DNA of 63,831 nt from positions 1-63,831 of IMG/VR virus record IMGVR_UViG_3300035670_007084, one strand, 5' to 3'. Numbering within the stretch: the first letter of the stretch is position 1; each line of letters begins with the position of its first letter. The notes under the pieces were generated by a model that was not told where the DNA came from, did no database searches, and was given only the letters and a program-made list of their open reading frames with translations. Made by a program: the position numbers and the translations under genes. This stretch comes from a virus (taxonomy: Duplodnaviria > Caudoviricetes). Shown piece by piece: positions 60,835 through 63,831 of the stretch.

Positions 60835-62640
60835 ATGACAGATCCACAAGCAAGAGGTTCCGCACTAAGCAGTCAATACTATAAGATGTTGATTGACCTT
60901 ATGACATTTTCTGGTAAGGGTGCAATAAAAGTACCAACATCGTATCATCAACGAGTAAAAGAAGTTAAGAAACTTATCGAAGTTGATAATACAGGATTGG
61001 CTACCACTCTGACTAGTTTCCAAATAAATGCAGCTACAGTACCAATTAATATTGAAACCCAAAACAAACAACTAACAAAGATTCTTGATGCTTGGAGTCA
61101 AACTGTAAACTTTAAAATGAAGATGGTTGAAACTGGATTACAGGGTTTGATGGGGCAATATTATAAAGAAAGATGGCAGGGTTCTAGCTTTATAGTATTA
61201 AAGACAGTTTGGGAAAATGTTGGTGGATTTAATTTACCTGTTCAGATGTATCTATTAGACGGTGGTAGTATTTATAGTGTAAAAGAAAAGGGTGAACCAA
61301 TTATTGTTGGTAATCCAAAATACGAAATAAGATATGGTTCAAAAGAAACAGATAAAGAACCAATAGTTGATAACAAAAATATAAAATATTTCTTTCAAAA
61401 TCCTTTTGGAACATGGGGTGAGATATATCCATCACCTTATATTATTAATCGTGGTATTTATTATAATCAGCAGTTCTTAAATGAAATCAAAGAGAAGGGC
61501 GCAAGCGTAATTAAACGAGCGATTGAACATATCTTTGCTCTCAAAAAAGGTTTTAAAGAAGCCGTCCTTCAAGATAAAGATGCTAACATATATGATAAGA
61601 CAGACTTAGAAAGAACCGATAAAGATTTAAGAGATGTTTTAGATTCTAGAAAATATACTGAAGATATGACAACATATACTTCCAATTTTGATACTGAAAT
61701 GGAACACATTATTCCAGAGTATAAAAGGATATTGAATGCGGAAGTAATAGTTCCTGCTGAAAAAGGTTTATTATCTTCTCTTGGTTTTGTTGAAATGTAT
61801 AGTATGCAAACGAGGAAAGAAGAAGTATTTAATCCAAAACCTTTTATGGCGGAAGCACAAGATGGTATTAATGATTTTGTTTCTTTAATAGGTGATGTTG
61901 TTTATACTATTATAGAAGAAAACAGAGCAACGCATCCAAAATATAGCAATGTTGAACCAATTAAAATAAATACTGGACCAATGACCACATTTATTGACAG
62001 CGAGGCTAAAAAGATTCTTAGAAGTATTTATGATCGAGGTGGTATTTCTAAAAGAACGCTTACTGAAATTGGTGCAGGTTGTGATTTTGATATTGAACTT
62101 AATCGTATCACACAAGAGAAAAAAGATGGCGTTGATAAGGTTATGTCACCTAATCCAATTCAGGTATCTGATACCCTTCTTCTTAGTGATAGGACAAGCA
62201 CTACGGTTCAGAAAAAACAAAACGAGGAAGAAGATATTCCCGATGATAAACAAAGTATTGAAACCCGTAACTTTGAAGTTTCACAAAAAGAGAATGGTAA
62301 AATAAAAGAAGATTTAGTTACCGCACCATATGATGATATATCTGAGTTACCCGATACAGTAAAGGTTCTTCCTGATAAAGCAAAAAAAATGTGGATGGAA
62401 GTATTTAACTCTGTATATAAAAATAAAAAAGATGAAACTATAGCTATTAAGTCTGCTTGGTCTACAGTTAAGAAATATTTTAAGAAAAATAAAGATGGTT
62501 CTTGGGTTCAAAAAGAAAAAGCAAACTTAGATACAGTTGATTTTAATGAGCTATTAGATGTTCAAAAACTCACTATGCTTTCTAAACAAAACAAACTTTT
62601 AGATAAGATTTTGAAAGAGAACGAAAATGAAACTATTTAG
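60835..62640 (+). CDS. Portal protein with C-terminal ChaB domain
   Basis: Directly follows TerL, portal size, GISKRT; ChaB signature PYDDISELPDTVKVLPDKAKKMWMEVFNS...AWSTVKKYF. Confidence 0.75.
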   Translation: MTDPQARGSALSSQYYKMLIDLMTFSGKGAIKVPTSYHQRVKEVKKLIEVDNTGLATTLTSFQINAATVPINIETQNKQLTKILDAWSQTVNFKMKMVETGLQGLMGQYYKERWQGSSFIVLKTVWENVGGFNLPVQMYLLDGGSIYSVKEKGEPIIVGNPKYEIRYGSKETDKEPIVDNKNIKYFFQNPFGTWGEIYPSPYIINRGIYYNQQFLNEIKEKGASVIKRAIEHIFALKKGFKEAVLQDKDANIYDKTDLERTDKDLRDVLDSRKYTEDMTTYTSNFDTEMEHIIPEYKRILNAEVIVPAEKGLLSSLGFVEMYSMQTRKEEVFNPKPFMAEAQDGINDFVSLIGDVVYTIIEENRATHPKYSNVEPIKINTGPMTTFIDSEAKKILRSIYDRGGISKRTLTEIGAGCDFDIELNRITQEKKDGVDKVMSPNPIQVSDTLLLSDRTSTTVQKKQNEEEDIPDDKQSIETRNFEVSQKENGKIKEDLVTAPYDDISELPDTVKVLPDKAKKMWMEVFNSVYKNKKDETIAIKSAWSTVKKYFKKNKDGSWVQKEKANLDTVDFNELLDVQKLTMLSKQNKLLDKILKENENETI

Positions 62641-62920
62641 TGATGTAGGTCTTAAAAAAGAAATTACCATTCTTGATTTTGGTATAGTTGATGCCGGAGA
62701 AAGTAAAACAGTATCATATTATTTATATAACGATACTGGAACTAAGATAGTTGATCTTAATTTAAAAGTTAATAATGGGGAAGTTTACATTGCTGATTAT
62801 CCTAAAGATTTAGAGAAGAACGCTGTTGCTGAAATTAAACTAACATGGAAATCTTCTTTAAATATTAAAGCCGGGTTAAAAGCAACTCTAGATATAAAAG
62901 CTGCTGAACTGTGGAGTTAA
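62627..62920 (+). CDS. Small Ig-like virion protein
   Basis: LDFGIVDAGESKTVSYYLYNDTG beta-sandwich pattern. Confidence 0.55.
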   Translation: MKLFSDVGLKKEITILDFGIVDAGESKTVSYYLYNDTGTKIVDLNLKVNNGEVYIADYPKDLEKNAVAEIKLTWKSSLNIKAGLKATLDIKAAELWS

Positions 62921-62926
62921 TAGCAT

Positions 62927-63322
62927 ATGAGTAAGTTAGTTAACGAAGGTGAGAATAGAATATCAAATATTTTATTTGGTGCTCAAGCTGTTGATGATGT
63001 GTTATATCTTGGTTTATTTTTAGATAATGAGGAGCCTGGTGAAACAGCGGGGCTTGCTGGCTTAACCGAACCAACAGGTAATGGTTATGAACGAGTTACC
63101 CTCAATCGTGGTTCTTGGGTAGTTACCGGAGATACAAGTGTTTATGCTGAACAAACTTTTACAGCATCTGGTGGTAATTGGGGAAATGTATATGGATATT
63201 TTATAGGAACATCCGAGGATAATTCGGGTAAATTATTATTTGTAGAATTATTTTCAGATGGACCATATAATGTTTTTAGTGGTGACAGTATTAAAATAAC
63301 TCCAACAATTATACTAGCATGA
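62927..63322 (+). CDS. Virion structural (fibre-associated) protein
   Basis: LYLGLF, EPTGNGYERV, FTASGGNWGNVYGYFI. Confidence 0.7.
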   Translation: MSKLVNEGENRISNILFGAQAVDDVLYLGLFLDNEEPGETAGLAGLTEPTGNGYERVTLNRGSWVVTGDTSVYAEQTFTASGGNWGNVYGYFIGTSEDNSGKLLFVELFSDGPYNVFSGDSIKITPTIILA

Positions 63323-63337
63323 CGGTAAATATAATAT

Positions 63338-63831
63338 ATGAAAAAACTTTTACTTATACTTGGTTTACTAACTTCTATAGCTACTTGTGTATTTGCTGAT
63401 GATTGGAAAGAAGATCCCAACTCCCCCTCTTATACAGAAAATACATATACAACTAATGCTAATTTGTTTATCGCTCCATACGCATCACCTCGTTATGATT
63501 TGACACTTAATAGAAACCTTGTGATTCTTGATTCGATATTAGGCGATGTTGAGTATAACGCTGATTTGACGGACGATGTTACAAAATGGGTTGATGTTAC
63601 ATATCCGAATCTTGATACTGATGGGACGGACGATTTACTAAACAATGCAGACGATACAACGAGTGGTTCTTTATGGGCGGTGAATTATTACGCATCGGGT
63701 GATGTGGTTGTAACGGATGATATTTTCGCTGACCAAATAACTGCACAAGCAGGGAATGGTAGTATTATTGCTCTACCAGCCGCAGGGGCAATAATTGTTA
63801 AAGATGATGTCGGAACTGGTGGGTATATAAG
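63338..63831 (+). CDS. Fibre-like virion protein with N-terminal signal peptide, 3'-truncated (absent from the ORF track)
   Basis: Open to the window end: MKKLLLILGLLTSIATCVFA-DDWKEDP...YTTNANLFIAP...LNRNLVILDS. Confidence 0.7.
   Translation, partial: MKKLLLILGLLTSIATCVFADDWKEDPNSPSYTENTYTTNANLFIAPYASPRYDLTLNRNLVILDSILGDVEYNADLTDDVTKWVDVTYPNLDTDGTDDLLNNADDTTSGSLWAVNYYASGDVVVTDDIFADQITAQAGNGSIIALPAAGAIIVKDDVGTGGYI

Noticed and set aside
589-63420. Short antisense or off-frame ORFs in the track (e.g. 589..837, 8354..8671, 35618..35956, 52918..53247, 63142..63420)
   Set aside because: They are shadows of well-supported genes, with no RBS or motifs; only 39513..40136 has independent support.
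1-63831. CRISPR or TIGR-like arrays
   Set aside because: No regularly spaced repeat-spacer units found; the ATGAT motifs in 57350-57640 are not periodic, and no Cas or Nop-domain protein is visible.

Overview
An AT-rich (about 30% GC by eye) segment of a tailed dsDNA bacteriophage genome, read in the standard genetic code and open at both ends. From left to right it contains: (i) the end of a + strand virion module (1-7620), including a >2000-aa repeat/LamG fibre protein, closed by a bidirectional terminator; (ii) a long - strand arm with a glycan/modification cluster (glycosyltransferases, 2 radical SAM, 2 methyltransferases), nucleotide metabolism genes (dUTPase, class II RNR, dCMP deaminase), replication/recombination genes (PolB, RecA, two junction resolvases, primase-helicase, 5'-3' exonuclease), a tyrosine recombinase, a sigma-like factor, a membrane-anchored RuvB, two C5 methyltransferases and about 12 kb of small early ORFs; (iii) a strand-switch region (about 52480-54545); and (iv) a + strand late operon (GT2, deacetylase, DUF559 nuclease, terminase, portal, first virion genes). 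No capsid or tape-measure gene is recognisable in the window. The most unusual signals are a roughly 420-nt densely structured non-coding segment between the DUF559 nuclease and the terminase genes, four sigma54-type -24/-12 sites in two divergent pairs around a GGA/TCC-depleted two-gene module, a tRNA-like RNA with an enlarged anticodon arm, a candidate phage histone, a portal-ChaB fusion and an overprinted methyltransferase subunit. All calls come from reading motifs by eye; no searches or folding programs were run.
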